Source: Tubiluchus corallicola (Eukaryota > Animalia > Priapulida). From it: a DNA stretch of 64,000 nucleotides. Below the pieces are notes generated by a model that was not told the DNA's origin, did not search any database, and saw only the letters and a program-made list of their open reading frames with translations. Both the position numbers and the translations under genes were made by a program. The stretch covers positions 429,611 to 493,610 of the forward strand of contig JAQGDQ010000151.1 in assembly GCA_030141605.1 (NCBI GenBank), read 5' to 3'. Below, in pieces: positions 1 through 14,900 of this stretch. Positions within the stretch are counted from its first letter, which is position 1, and every line of letters starts with the position of its first letter.

Positions 1-414
1 AGTCAGTACAGGCTAAGCAATAAATTTCTGTTAAGTGTAAATATTTACCTAGAGGCCAAACTGACTGTATCGTTAATGACAACAACACAAATCATGGCGG
101 CTGTAAACTAAGCCGACTATTTAGCTACTTAAGGACACTGGTTGATTTCTGTCAAAAGCCTTTGTTGTAAGTTGTAACCTACTGCGATTGTGAGCTATGC
201 TAAATGAGCCAGAATTATGTATAAACGTAGAACACATGAACGTAGATCGAAACTGCACACAAATGCACGTATGTCATATCGCGATAACGACTGTTTTGAA
301 GTTCTCATAATAAATGCCTACAAAATTACAGTGAAACTTAAGAGCTTCTAGTGAAATCTTCCAATGAGATGCAGGTGTACATAGTAAATGTGCAATAGCC
401 ATTTAGTGCACAAT

Positions 415-597
415 CTCTCGCTATTTCTTTCTCTTTCCCTTCCTCTTCTCTTTCCCTCTTTGTTTCTTTTCCTCTCTCTCCCCCACTCTTTTCCCCTGTC
501 CTTTGTCTCTTTCCTTCTCTGTCTTTATCCGTCTCCTCTCTCTCCCTCTTTCCTCTCACCCTTTCTCTCTAGTCGTTTCCTCTCTCTTTTTCTCTTT

Positions 598-640
<43 letters not shown>
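415..640. repeat. Pyrimidine-rich tract with (CT)n
   Basis: Direct inspection. Confidence 0.9.
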
Positions 641-641
<1 letters not shown>

Positions 642-1034
642 AGAAAGGATGCACACTGTATATTCAGCTTGTTTAAACGCAAGTACATGTTTTCCTTTCA
701 GGCTTTAATTTAATCCTACAACGAAATATTGGAAAATCTTTCTATGTGTTAGGACGAATAAAACAATATTTGTGTACCATTAAATCTTGTTTTGATCGAA
801 GATTTATGCAGCAGATTGTTCTGAAGTCGTTTCAGCGTTATTCGTTGTAGAATAAGCACACAGACATATCGCTGGAAAAGATACAGAATTTGAAAAAAAA
901 GAATCACCCGGTTTCAAATATAGTATCCATGTTTATTTTTAAATCTAACTGAATATGATAAGTCAGCAGATTAGCTTTCTCTTTCTCTGGCACCTTTTAA
1001 GAATAAAACTAAATATCGGAATTAATGGACCCAT

Positions 1035-1235
1035 TTTCAAGGTCGAGGTTCGAGGTTAGTCCTGTCGCGCGTCCTTATCGTCATCGTCATTGTCGTCGTC
1101 GTCGTCGTTGTTGTTGTGGAGACAGGCAAAAATCAGACCACAGTTCTGCATGCAGTTGTATGTTTTGCTGAACACTCAATAATGATAGTAAGTTTATTTG
1201 TCATCTTTAGAGCCAAAAGGTCGAGTTACAGCACA
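1035..1235. mobile_element. Possible Helentron-associated interspersed element (HINE-like) remnant
   Basis: AAGGTCGAGGT motifs flanking an internal (GTC)n/(GTT)n microsatellite; similar AAAGGTCAAGG motifs at about 3041 and 3313. Confidence 0.25.
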
Positions 1236-1727
1236 GCACAAATTTACAAAACGTAACATTTTTTAAAAGAATAAGCAAAGTAGAACACACAACACTATTA
1301 CATCTACTCAACAGGAATAGATCCAAGTTGAAATTTTTTGTGAAAGAAACGCCAACTTACTTGCGGAAAATGAGTAATAATTTGACTCTTGTTTACGATA
1401 CTGATTAAGTCTGCTAACCGCGCGTTCAGATTAGAAGCTATGATATTTAAAATCACACTGAAGCAGAACTGATAAATGCCTGTTAAAAACTTATAGTAAT
1501 ATATTAAACGTAAGCTGATAAGCTTTAGCCTGTAGTGCTTATTAAGTGTATAATTGTTAAACGTGAAGCCACTGACCCTTACTAGTTGATCACTCGCTAA
1601 AACTAATTGAACAGATGAGGTTTCTTATTTGAAACAACAGGTAGCTAGCAAGCTTAACAGTTGCAACACCTATAAGGTGAGATTATTTCAGTAGCGAAAT
1701 GTAACAATGAAACGTTCAGATTCTCAA

Positions 1728-1821
<94 letters not shown>
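1728..1821. repeat. (GA)n microsatellite
   Basis: Direct inspection. Confidence 0.97.
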
Positions 1822-1825
<4 letters not shown>

Positions 1826-4800
1826 GGGTAGGGAGAGACGATTTTGATACATCCTGAAAGAGATACTAGCGATGGAGAGTCAGACGTTCCTATATCTTAA
1901 GTAGTTTATCACAAAATTTTTTGGCGTTATTCTTTTATCTTTATGCCTATATTGATACTCAGAGTGCAGTTTAAGCATACTGCTGTACAATTTAATCTGT
2001 AGTTTACAGTTTGCAACATTCAAGAGCTAAAAATTGTGAGCCGTTGAATTGATTTCTAACATCGCAGGACGAAATAGTCTTCTGACGCGCATTCAATTTG
2101 GCTTTTTATTTTAAAAAAGTCAGAGTTCGAAGTGTCTGTCATTCAGAAGAACTACCGACATCATATCTTTGAGTATATTCGCAAAGCTTAAAAGGTCGAT
2201 GTCGCAACAAGTTGCGGTGAGACTGAGACAAAAGAAGAGTGCTAACGTTTGCAAAGAAGACCACTCTTTGGATAGTCCGTCACGGGTTTTACAAAACTTA
2301 CAGCTTGTCTGCAATTATGGCTTGCCAAAGAATTGCACACACCGCAAAGTTTGTTTAACATCCGCAAAATCCAGAGAATTTTCTCGAAAACTCACCGAGA
2401 CAGTGGAGCTCTCTTCACCAAACTTTGATTTAAGCGCCTCAATGTACAGAACGGCTTCACAACGTCAATCTGATTGGAAAAACTGTGAAAAGATCCCGCC
2501 TAGGAAAGTATACGTTACTGAAATAATAATTACTGGTGCAATTATTGCTGACTGCTGATTTAAGATATTGTTTTGTTGAAATACGCTTACCAATTAAAAG
2601 GAAAAGAAAAGAAAAATGCTTATCTTTAATTTTAAAGGTTACCAACAAACCGATATAATAATGAGCTTACGTCACATTAATCATAGTAAACAACTTATAT
2701 GCTTTGTTGGAAATAATAAGTTTTGTTGATTAATGACATTACGCATTTTGAATACGCGTGTAGGTTGACTTAAAATTATAGTGTATCTAAACCCGCAGTT
2801 TACCTACAAAGAAATCATTCTCATTCAAGTATACTGCCGAACTAATTTAGCACTTTTATCCGCGAGTACTAGCGTCTTGAGTTCATTCTAAGTAATCTTT
2901 TCATTCCGTTAGGCATCCAGTTTTACACTAATTTTCTTGTCGAGTAACAAACGCAGAGGGTTAGGGTAGCTTAAAACTTAAAGGGCAGATATTTGAGGTA
3001 GGGTGGGAGCTTGGAAAGTGGTGTGGTGAACCTTGGTCTAAAGGCCAAGGACAGCGGTCAGTTTTTTCGATTGCCATTATTAAACTGCTCCTAGCGCTTT
3101 GAGTTTAATTCGTTCAATTTTTATAAGTATTTGGGTAATGTGGGGCAGATGTATAGCCGGGCTTTTAAAAAGCCGATAAGATTGGGCGCGCTTTCAATTC
3201 ATGTTAATTCGCGAACACAGAGGGATATACACGCAAAACTCAAAAGTGCCTCAAAAACTCAAACCTGGTGTAGAGGCGTTAAAAGTGGTGTGATGAACAG
3301 CGACCTCTGTCCAAAGGTCAAGGACACTGGGCATCAGATGCAAACACAATCACTGCGTTATCTGAATTCTTTCAGTCTTGACAGTGTTTACAGGCCTAAA
3401 TCTTAGAATGCCCATTCGAGAATGAAGTTAAAGGTAACCTTGTACTTAATACTGTTTGCACTATTTAACGCTTTTTATGCTCAGTTTTATATTTGACAGA
3501 GAAATGTAGTGCTTTTTAGATAAACCAAAATGAAGATAACATTTTAGTAAGGGGTTAAAAACGCGAAATAGTAAAATAAAACAGCTTGCTGTGTAGTTCA
3601 GAATGTAACATATCTACACCTTCCTTTGTGGTACTTCGCAGCAAAATCAACAATATTTTGTGTCGTGTTTTGTCATAGTGCTGAAATCGCAGTAAAACCA
3701 TTATAGCAATGATAACAATAGGGCAAAAATTATCCGTAATTTTCAACAATAAAGACATATTGCACATTAAGAACCTGTCCTTTTATGCATCAATAAATCC
3801 CATCGTTTGGTCCGTTAGTTACGTCGCAAGCTGAATGTTTTTGGTTTTTTAGACTAGCAATCAGCTTGCACTGAAGCTGGTCGTATCTAATATTATCATA
3901 ATTTTTCAATTATATATGCGTCCCCTAACAGAGCAAAGACAGTATACAGCTTCCATAATGTCATTTCCTGATTATGAGAAGCTATACAGAAATGACCAAA
4001 TGAGAAAATAAATCACTGCTTATATTCTAATGCCGTGGATAGTGTCATTTAAATTGGCACTGTAGTCGTTAAAAGATATTGTTTGTAAAGCCGTCCATAT
4101 AAATAGCGAAAATTGACTGTTTGCGTGCTGTAACGCTGCAGCTGCATTTCATGAAATTTATCGCCTTCATAACTTCAAATTCTGCCATTTATTAACAGAT
4201 CTAATTGCGTCGTATGTTCCGTGATGCGACTTTTCATCTAATATTATTCACATTTGTGCTGTTTTTGTTGTTTTTGATTTTGTTTTGACGGGCAGTTCGA
4301 CCTTCAGCTAATTACAGTGACTTCCAACAATCCCAAGGGTAGAAATCTATCTGGTTTATGTTTTTTGCACTTACAATAGAGTAGAATCATTATTGTTACG
4401 TAGAGATAAAATGTGAAAGATGTTAAAGTTTATTATTCATGGTGGACAAAAAAGTTGCTTTGGATGACAGTTGTTAAATTTTACAAGGACTTTACGTGCA
4501 ATTTTAGTCTTGAGTTAGTAGAAAGGCTTATATTACGTATTTTGAGACAGAAAAAGAATATTGCGTGATTGTGTCTTGTTTTTTTGATATGTCTAATATG
4601 TATTTGACTTATCATTTGTTAAATTATACTTATGGACTTTTTTCATCTATCACAAAAGTCTGCAATTGATGTACAAGACCATTGTAAGGTTTGTGACGTT
4701 TAGCTGCGATACTGACGTAATCGTTGCGCATATTAGTAATACTTCAGTAGATATGAAACAAAAACTACCAATCATTGCTCGCACGTGAGAGCTTATAAAT

Positions 4801-7800
4801 ATTTTCGTCTGTATGCACCTAGGTTATAACCTGACGATTGTGCACTAACTACTGATTTATGCGTTTGCTGTGTGATTTACTAGTTTGTCATGTACGTCGC
4901 TGGCATTTACGTGGTTTATTAATCACTGTTCGTGGCAAAAAGCCAATAACATTTGCCTAGTTATCACAGTATTTGGATCTTTATTCAGCGACGCAGTGTC
5001 CCAGTGCGACCATTATTTCTAGGTGCATTGCACACTGGGAAATGTTATGGATGTCCAGTGACGTCACAGCGACACGAATGGCGGCATTAAATAATACTGA
5101 TTAAAAGTGTTAATACGTGGTGGATTTCTCAGGACAGTTATTTAGACGATACTGATGACAATAACGGCAACAGCAATAGCGTCAAAGACGATGATGGTTT
5201 GATAAAATTAACAAATTAAAGCTGACAAAATCTGGACGTCACGTACACGAAAACACACAAAATTTATCCCAATAACAAGAACACAAGTAACGATAGTGAC
5301 TAAAACTAATAAAAGGAGCCAGCCGTACTAACAGTGTGGTGCTCAGTGAACTCTTTGGATGTGTACGGCAGATGGTAGCGCCATCCAATGACAAATAATG
5401 TGAAACAGTGTTACTTTGGAAAGCTTTAATAGCTTGAGAATGCTATCAAAAGCTGAAATTTATTTCAGAAATAACGAGAAAATGTTTTTATTCTGTTTGA
5501 AATATGCGCTTTTCGAGTTTTTAGCAATAATAATATCAGTTAATATATCGCCCAAGATCTTTCACATGGTCAATTTGTCAAATGGCATGATAATCCAAAT
5601 GTGAAAAAGTTTGCACGCTAAATTCATTTCATCTGCAAAGAGAAATCAACAGTCAAACTATTGTAATCCAACGGTATTATCCCTAACAAAACCATTTAAG
5701 TACCAACGGCAAGATTTTCAAATCTAATAACTTACGTGTAAACCGCAAAAGTGCTGATATTAGGAAGGAAATATCACCTTTGCCGTGTATTCAGTTTGTC
5801 TAGTGGCTTGCCAAGCTTTCAGAATTGGAACAAAAACTTTAGAAGCAATACGCAAAATTGTGGGAAGGACAAATTCGATAATGCAATTTGCAGATACGGT
5901 TGTCATAAAAATGAGAGAAAAACTATTTTATTCATCGTTTGATCAAATATTAATGCTTGCAAGTTTGGCTACTCTCTTCTCATGCGATCTGAATGGTTGC
6001 ATTTGAGTCAAGTTTGAAAATTTTACGTATCTGCGTTAGAATTGCACTTGTTCCTACTACAAGTCCGCAAATCGTGTAAAATAATTTTATTTGGCCAACC
6101 ACTCATCCAGGAGGGTTTGCAAATATATGGATCATTTGCAAAGTCTACATTTATTAAAAATTTGCATGTCGCAAATTAGTGGATAATCGTTAGTCATATG
6201 TTTTGTAGGAATAATCATTACTTACTAAATAGAGGGTTTACTCTAGTGTTACTTTATTCACCTATATAATCGCAAAAATAATGACTACAGTTTGGGTTAC
6301 TCGCTTTCGAACAACTCTATAACGCGGTTCAGTTCGCCGTGTTGTTCCCGTTGTTCCTGTAATACAAAACTTTGCCATTTTTCTCCTTGTGGCACGTGAG
6401 GCAAACAATGCATACAAACTTATCACGAAATTTGGATTCTATGGCAACGTAAACGCTTATCTATAATCTGTTAACAACACAGTTGCCATCAATTCGGCAG
6501 CAGTAAACAAAGACTAAGCAGAATGTTCGGGCATTATTAACATCGGATTTGTTAGTAGTTGTTATTTCACGCAGTTTCAACATTGTGCAAAACGTGTTTA
6601 TTGTTGCTGTTGTTTTGTAGCGTTGTATGGGTGGTGTAAGTGATGTAATGTGGGGTAGTGAGGGGTAGTTTTTTAATATTGAGACCTCAAAATAGAGCGC
6701 TACTGTAGAAAAATATTGAGTGGCTTAAAATAACTCATGGTCTCATCTGAAAATAGCATGTTACTAAAGGTTGTACATTTTACAAAATTCGCCCAAGCAA
6801 AACGCATGTGCGTGCGTGCGTGCTCGCGCGCGTCAAGCAAGTCACCTAAGGATTCGCATCCCGGATTAGTTAGCAGGAAAGCAGCGAGTAGTAGTTAAAA
6901 ACACCAAATTTTTCCTTATCTATTCAAAAATTTCGATTTACTCAACACCTGTTCAAATTTTCCAGGTATTTGTTAAACGTTTATAAAACTTTTTTCCGAA
7001 TTTTTGCATTTGCGATTGGGAAGCAAAAATACGTATTGTGCAATCAGCAAGGTTTATAAAACAGATTTTATGCTTAGTGAGTGTACTTTAACTAAACGTT
7101 TACTGCATAGCCGAAACTGTACCCTTATTAACATTTTTTGTAAAAGGACATTAAAATTGTACAAACGCGTCAATCAAATAAGTAACGAAATTGTCTTGTC
7201 ACTGAACATTCTGAATGATTATTCAAGTATAACAGCACTAGGAGAAAATATAATGTTTTGTGAAAGTAAAGAAATGAATTATAATTATACCATAGAAGAA
7301 AAACCAAGTTATAAAATCTATTGGTCTTGTCAACATGAATTAATTAAATAAGGTTTCACTCATAGTGAACTGAATGAGACGCTTTTATATTTATTAACTA
7401 ACTAATTCAAAATTGTATATATTGTATTATTTTTTGTATATATTTCTATCGTTCTAGTTATCTATTGCATTCTTTTACGAAGTAAATGATATATATTAGG
7501 AATCTGACTAGGCAACCGACTGAATGGTTAACCTACCAACTAGCCATCCACTCGCTGGACGGGCACCTAACTAGTCATTCTGCCAACAAGGACGGTCAAA
7601 CGAGAAGGTATAATTATAAAGCCAATCTTTATCCCTTTGCCCTTCAAACAACACCATAAAAATGAGTTTGTAGCTTAGACAACATTCACTGCCGTTAACC
7701 GTATGATGTGTGGAATTATCTAAGTCAATATGGCTGTCTCGTAAATAACATGTGTCTTTGAAAACACAAAGTAATTTACTAAAGCAACCGAACGCAACTG

Positions 7801-9288
7801 GTGTGAGTTAGGATAGTGATATAACAACGCATGTACGACAGCTAGTCAAAATAATGCAGATCTGTTCAACTGCAGTCATGTTTTTAGCAAACTATAATGC
7901 GCACATGTGTACGATATTATCAGCAAGAAAGTGTGTCAGTAATGGTCAATTCTGATTGGAGGCTTACTTACTGAAAACTATAAGAGAAGGCACAATTAAA
8001 GCCATATAAACGTTTTTCAGCCAGCAGAAACATGTTACTAAGTTAGAATTTTGCACTTTTTACAATAGTTTTCTGAAGCCTAGGGTGGTGGAAAACACTG
8101 CTTTATACATAAAACCTTATCAAGGTTTAGTAAATCGGAATTTTTCGAAGAAAAAGCAGAAATGTAGTGATTTTACGACTATCCGCAACAAAAAATAGTA
8201 ACCGTTGTTGTTATTAAGGATTGAATACACTTAATCTAATTAGTGGAGCTATATATGATTATAGGACCACCTCTGCGGCTTCGCATGATAAACAAGCATA
8301 GCTTAGTTCCACAAAAATATTAGTGTTTCTCATTTTATGGAGAACAGAAAAGGATTTGTACTCTTGTCAGTTGGTAGGCCTTACGTAGCAGCGGATAAGT
8401 GCAGTCATCTCGTGTCATAGTCAGCTATAAGATATTTGATCTAGTGAATTCGTATGGGACACAAGCGGATGTTACTTGGTGAAATAACTTCCTGTTCATT
8501 ACTGTGTATTGGGAATTTTAGCGGATATTTCAATGTCAGACGAATGCAAATGTGGCAAATTGTCTAGTCGTGATCACTTGGCGATATCTGGCACGGAACT
8601 GGAATTCTTAGTGAGCCTTGACGGTGATGGAACCAAGGTTAATGTAGTCAACACGGTTTAGGCTAGGGGAAAGCACTAACAAGGCCATTGTGCCACTCAT
8701 TATTTGACGTAGGGGTGGTAGTGGGGGTGGTGATTGTAATGGTGTTGTGGGTCGTGATGCGATTGATGGTACTGATGGTGGTTTTGGTGTTGCTAATGAC
8801 GTGGCAGGGGCGGTAGCGATGGCGGTGACGGTGGTGGTTACAGTGGTGGCTGTTGTTGTTATTATTGTCGACAATGTTGGTTGACATTACTGTTAGTGCA
8901 TCGGTGGCAGTATGTTTCATCACTCTGATGTGGTGTTCCTTATTATGTAATACTAAAAGACTTATGTAAGACTATTATGTAATACTTACAATTTTATTGT
9001 TAAGATGATGTGATGGGATGACATAAGACGGGACTGGATAGGATAGGGTAGACAGGACAGGACAGGACAGGGCAGGACAGGACAGGATAGGAAAGGCTAA
9101 TGAAATACCATGGGGTAAGATAGAATACGCTGGGGTACATAGATAAGATAAGATTTTAGCTGTCGTCTATGAGTTTTTCTAAACACTACAAAATCGATAT
9201 CCAAGTATATTTTAACATTTAATAAAACAGCAGATATGTTGTAGTATTTAGAATTAGAATTGGAAAAGGGATGGCGAAATTTTGTGAT

Positions 9289-9550
<262 letters not shown>

Positions 9551-11397
9551 TTCATTTAGGACATAGTCCACGGACAATAACTTAAGTAACTCAATACTTC
9601 TTTCCAAGGTGGTCCCGATTAATATTACTCGATATTACTTCGATAAGCCCGCGTAATGATTTGTGTGATGACTAAATTAGTGGAGGTAGCTAATCATTTG
9701 ATAGTGACAGTAGAACGGGGTGACTAAGGTCGATAACAAATTGGAAATTAGGAGAAGTGTAATATGGAACTAAACCAAAATTACCCTATGGAAGCTGCGA
9801 AAAACAAAACTTTTCCTTTCTCTAGATAACTCATTTATCGCCACCTTCACATTTTCAAGTAGCTTTCCTCTGGTTGACTTGTTTATTTCTCAGTTACTTA
9901 ACTTAATGAAGCCAATTGCGGGTAACGTTACTTGACTACTAATGCGAACATTTAAAGATCTAAAGCTGTTTAAAACAGCTTCATTTTCTCCGTTCAGGGA
10001 TAGGAGGGCTTCAATTACAAATGGCATAAACTAATTATATCCTCAGCAATATAGATTGGAGAGATGCATAGAATACGCTGTTGTCAAACCTGGTTTGAAA
10101 AACGGGTCATTTTTAATTGAGTTTTCTTGATTTGAGCGTCATTGTTAATCATTTGAGAGACATTTGTTACACAACTGTAACATGCAAAAAGAAATATATG
10201 GATACAGGAAAATAGTTTTTTAATTGATCCTCAGCTTTATATCTTTTGATGACATCGTTTTATGGACTAAGCTGATAAACCAAGCAGTCTGTGCCTGCCA
10301 CTGCAAACAACTATGAAGTCAAACAGTATGCATGCTATGTCGAACAAATCACTTTTATTTAAACGGACTGACAGGCGGACGGACGCACGGGCGAACAGAT
10401 AGTCAGACAGATAAGCTGATAAACAAACCAATAAATAAATAAAATAAATAGAGTAAAGCGTGAGTAGCGAAATGTCTCATTACGGGTTCCATAACATAAG
10501 ATTGTAGGACATGAAATTTCTTCCTCGCAAGAACTGTTTGATTCATTGTACATTCATTGGCATTATGTAGATGACTGTTTGTGTCGATATCTTTATATAT
10601 CACAATAAAAAATGAATAAATTCAGAATTAGCTTACTAAATTTCGAAATACATATTCGAAATATGGAGATTTTGCTCAATCTGTTCTGTGTAAACGCCGT
10701 GTAAAAACTAAACAAATGGCGCAATAAAAATAATAACGTTACAGTTCTAGATAACAGAAGCCATTACGAAAGTCAATCAAACATTGTCTAAATCCTTGAA
10801 ACATTTCTTAGAGGTTAATTTCTGTGCTCATGATCTTGTTTTGTTGATTGCTTTTAGTTAAATATTATTCAATTATCATTATTATTGATCAAAAGATAAG
10901 TCCGCAAGGCGAAAGGATGCAACTGCAATTTTTCTTCGAAGATTTCATCGAGCAGTAATTAATGATTTAGTTTTTAATGGTTCGACGATGTGCCTTTGAT
11001 GACCTAAAGCAAAGTGACATTATTTTAGTAGTTCGTGTCAAATCTTCTAACTGACAATGTTTGAAGAAAGTTTACACAACATAAGGATTTCATTTTGTTT
11101 TCTCTCTTCTTCCTTTCGTTTTTTCATTTCCTGTTCCTCCTCCTTCCTTCTTCTCTTCTCTTCTCTCGTTTCTTCTTCTTGTTCATAAATGTGCTAACTA
11201 TAACTGTGTCCTCGAAGCCTGGGCAATAGTCTATCCCAAGTATATTGAAGCGTTGACAAAATTCAGTGAAAATAAATATTGCTAGATATAATACGTTATA
11301 GTGTGGTAATAATGGTGTACGTACATATTGGTAAACTTTACGCCTAATTAATTCTAATGAGAAACGTAATGCACTGTTAATTGTAAAGTTAGTTAAC

Positions 11398-11558
11398 ATA
11401 AGAAAACGCTGAATGCCCTGTAGTTTCAAAATAATTATTTTTAGTTCTTACAGAAGCTTTCACCTTAGCGGCCTGATGAAGCTCACTAGGGTAAAAACCT
11501 CTGTTGGGAAATAAAAATAATTATTTTGAGACTATAAGTGCATTCAACGTTTTCTTAT
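11398..11558. repeat. Long imperfect palindrome with hammerhead-like CTGATGA at the apex (Penelope-like element remnant)
   Basis: About 75-bp arms (ataagaaaacg..tcaaaataattattttta.. vs ..taaaaataattattttga..cgttttcttat) around CCTGATGAAG. Confidence 0.6.
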
Positions 11559-11706
11559 ATTAAAATGACCAGTCTCAGGAGAGCTTTTTCATATTGTGTA
11601 TATATTATATTCCTCACTGTTTTGCTTTTACTTGCTGTGAGGGTGTTTTGTACATGATGTGGTTACTGACGTTGGATTGAGGCCTTGTATATATTTATGC
11701 ATTATG

Positions 11707-12005
<299 letters not shown>

Positions 12006-13195
12006 ATGCAACTTGCTTTATTGAGCCTACACACCCAGACCAATATATTATATAAAAGTAGAGACATCAGTTAAAGACACGAAACAAATTGCAAGCAGGC
12101 AGCAAACACATCAGTTTTGTGAAAACATCTAGCAACACTAACTTCCTCGTTACATTTGGGTTATTTTCACCAAGAAAATCTGCGAAAAGGAAGTATTGCT
12201 TAATCACTTATAAATTTACAACTATGAACCATAAGAAGGTAGTAAAAATATATTTTTTATTACGAAATTTGAAACTGAACTAAATACGGAACATTTGGAT
12301 GATCCAGAAAGATCAGTGCGGGACAAGGGACAAAATTAGGGACGTCTAGCAATCCTAGCATATACATTACCTTACAACGACATACATACAGCAAAACTAC
12401 AACAAAATACAAAAGTAGCCAAAAACACATAACAAATAATAAATATATATAATTTTAGTATAGATACGGTTAGCGTATCATGAAAAAAATAATAAATATT
12501 CTCAATATTTACATGTTAGTACTATTCATTCCCTATTTTTAAAACACTGTACTTGGCGACTATTTTGGTTATATTGCATTCGCTAATCCTCAATGCTATG
12601 CCACAAAACCAAGTGATTATGATAATAATGACAACTTATTTTAATTGATTTACGAAACATTGAAATGACAATGACTTTTTGAAAAAGTTATACTGAAGCG
12701 TTAGAATTAGTCTCGCGATTAGAAATTGCACAATGCAATTTGAAATTGATATATTACGTAGCAGAATCCTTTGAACAATATAAGACGCATTTTCTTAATT
12801 AATTCCTTAATTTAAACAGAAATTCATTACCATTATTCAGCGCAAAGAAAAAGGTGGGGGCGAGACTTCAAACTTCTGAATTCTTGTTTTACGCTGTACA
12901 ATGTAAGAACGAATGATGTCTACCGCCCACCCTAGACTGAAAATTGTTGAAAAAGAATCTCACAGAATCAGCAAGTACAATATGTATTTAAAAACAAAAA
13001 TTTACTTAATTGAGGCAATAAAATAGCTTACATGACGATGCTTCTTGTATAGTGTGCGTAATTCGTAAAAAATATTCACATTTTTCTGGTGAAGATGCCC
13101 TCCAATGCATAAATAAATGCCTCTGAGCTATGTTTATCCGCAGCGAAGACTTTTTGGGTAAAGTGAACAGCTGAGTGGTTTCAGCGTATGTTAAC

Positions 13196-13268
13196 AACCA
13201 AAGTTAAGCAACGCCGAGGTTGATTAGCGAATGGATGGTAACTACTAGGTTCATTATTCGCTCTGGGA
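13196..13268 (+). pseudogene. 5S rRNA-derived fragment (pseudogene or SINE3-like head)
   Basis: AAGTTAAGCAACGCCGAGGTTGATTAGCGAATGGATGGTAACT resembles the 5S internal control region (AAGYTAAGCA...GGTTAGTACTTGGATGGGWGACC) with several mismatches; no 5' half of 5S visible. Confidence 0.45.
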
Positions 13269-14729
13269 AGTTTCATTCACCATACTCGCTCTGGCACTTG
13301 ATTTCCTTAAAGAAGATGCGCTCACATTCCACATTACTGAGATACTTCTGTCTGCTCTGTGTCTCATCTTAAAGTATTAGCTTTGTGAAAGGAAGTGAGT
13401 ACACCGAGCAAACTGACGGCGCTTAAGAATAACTGACGAAAAGCCTCAGAGCCTATCTAATATAAAAGTAGCTATAAAAGAGGCTTAACGTAGAAACTGA
13501 TCCTTGATGAGTAACACGAGTAATATTGTTACAGTGTCAATTCATTCAATTTAGTTTTATTTGCCTCATACAATCCAACAGAAGGTTTGCTTAAATATTG
13601 TTAGTACGCCTTAGAAAATAAACAGAGAGAGGCGGGGTGGTGCAAAACCATTGGGTCACCCCTGAATAATCAATTAATACTGTCGATGAAATTTAAAAAG
13701 TATTTAAAAAGTGATAATAATATGGCAACATCCTGATAAATTTGACGTTAATAAGTACAAGTAATTTTAGTGACTATAATGTGACACTTATTCCTAGCAT
13801 GACATTTATGAATGAGCGGTTCGCCTCCAATACCTGGTTTTATGTGCTTTGCGAAATTCGTATAATATTCTAAGAAAAGAAGAATGTCAACTGAAACCAG
13901 TTACCTTCTCAATTAACGCTCGAGGTGCCCCTACCGTTTGTAATGGAGAACGCGTGTATTAAAGACAAATCAAATTAGATCCGTCAGGCGCAATATCAAC
14001 TCGATATTAAAACAGAGCAAGAGAAAATGATTTAGGCGGGGGAGCAATATAGAGATCAGTAGGACATCATTTACGGGGGAGGATTCATTCTTAAGGGCGC
14101 TAACAAAGTTGGCGGAAACTTAACGTACGCTTGAAAACTGTTTTTTCATTGAACTCTGTACTCTCGTGTTAGTATCATCGAACTTCGTGTGTTTTGTGTG
14201 TTTGCGAATGTTGAGTGCAGTTCTTTGCTATTGTTTGGATGATTCCAGGTCATGGGAGATCGTTGGGAAAAAGCTCCGGGTTATATATCTACACACGTGA
14301 ATTACTGTGTCAACCTAATATGGACTGTTATGTCAGAAACCTTATTATGGCGGTGTTTGTATACACCGGGGCAGGATCTAGGTCCAGGATGGAAATAAGC
14401 CACTTAGGGTAGTGTGAAAAACCAGTAAAATTCTAAACTTGCATAACTTATGTTACAACTTGCTGACGTATTGTTGGAAACAACATAATTTTATATAGAG
14501 TTTGGTTCCATATTACAAATTGATGGCTATACAGCATACATTAACTGAATTAGAAATCACGAAACTAAGTAGATATATAATATAAAAATATTTCCAAGTG
14601 ATAGAATTTTCAAATTTCGAAATCTGTAAACTTTTTTTATTGGAAGATTTATACTGATACTTTTTCTAAGCTTTAAAATTTGTTAATAGTTACCATTGTC
14701 ATTATTTATCATTATAATGACAACTGTCA

Positions 14730-14900
<171 letters not shown>

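Noticed and set aside
8608-8923. Thr/Pro-rich mucin-like ORFs
   Set aside because: Degenerate (GGT/GAT)n simple repeat; no signal peptide or exon boundaries.
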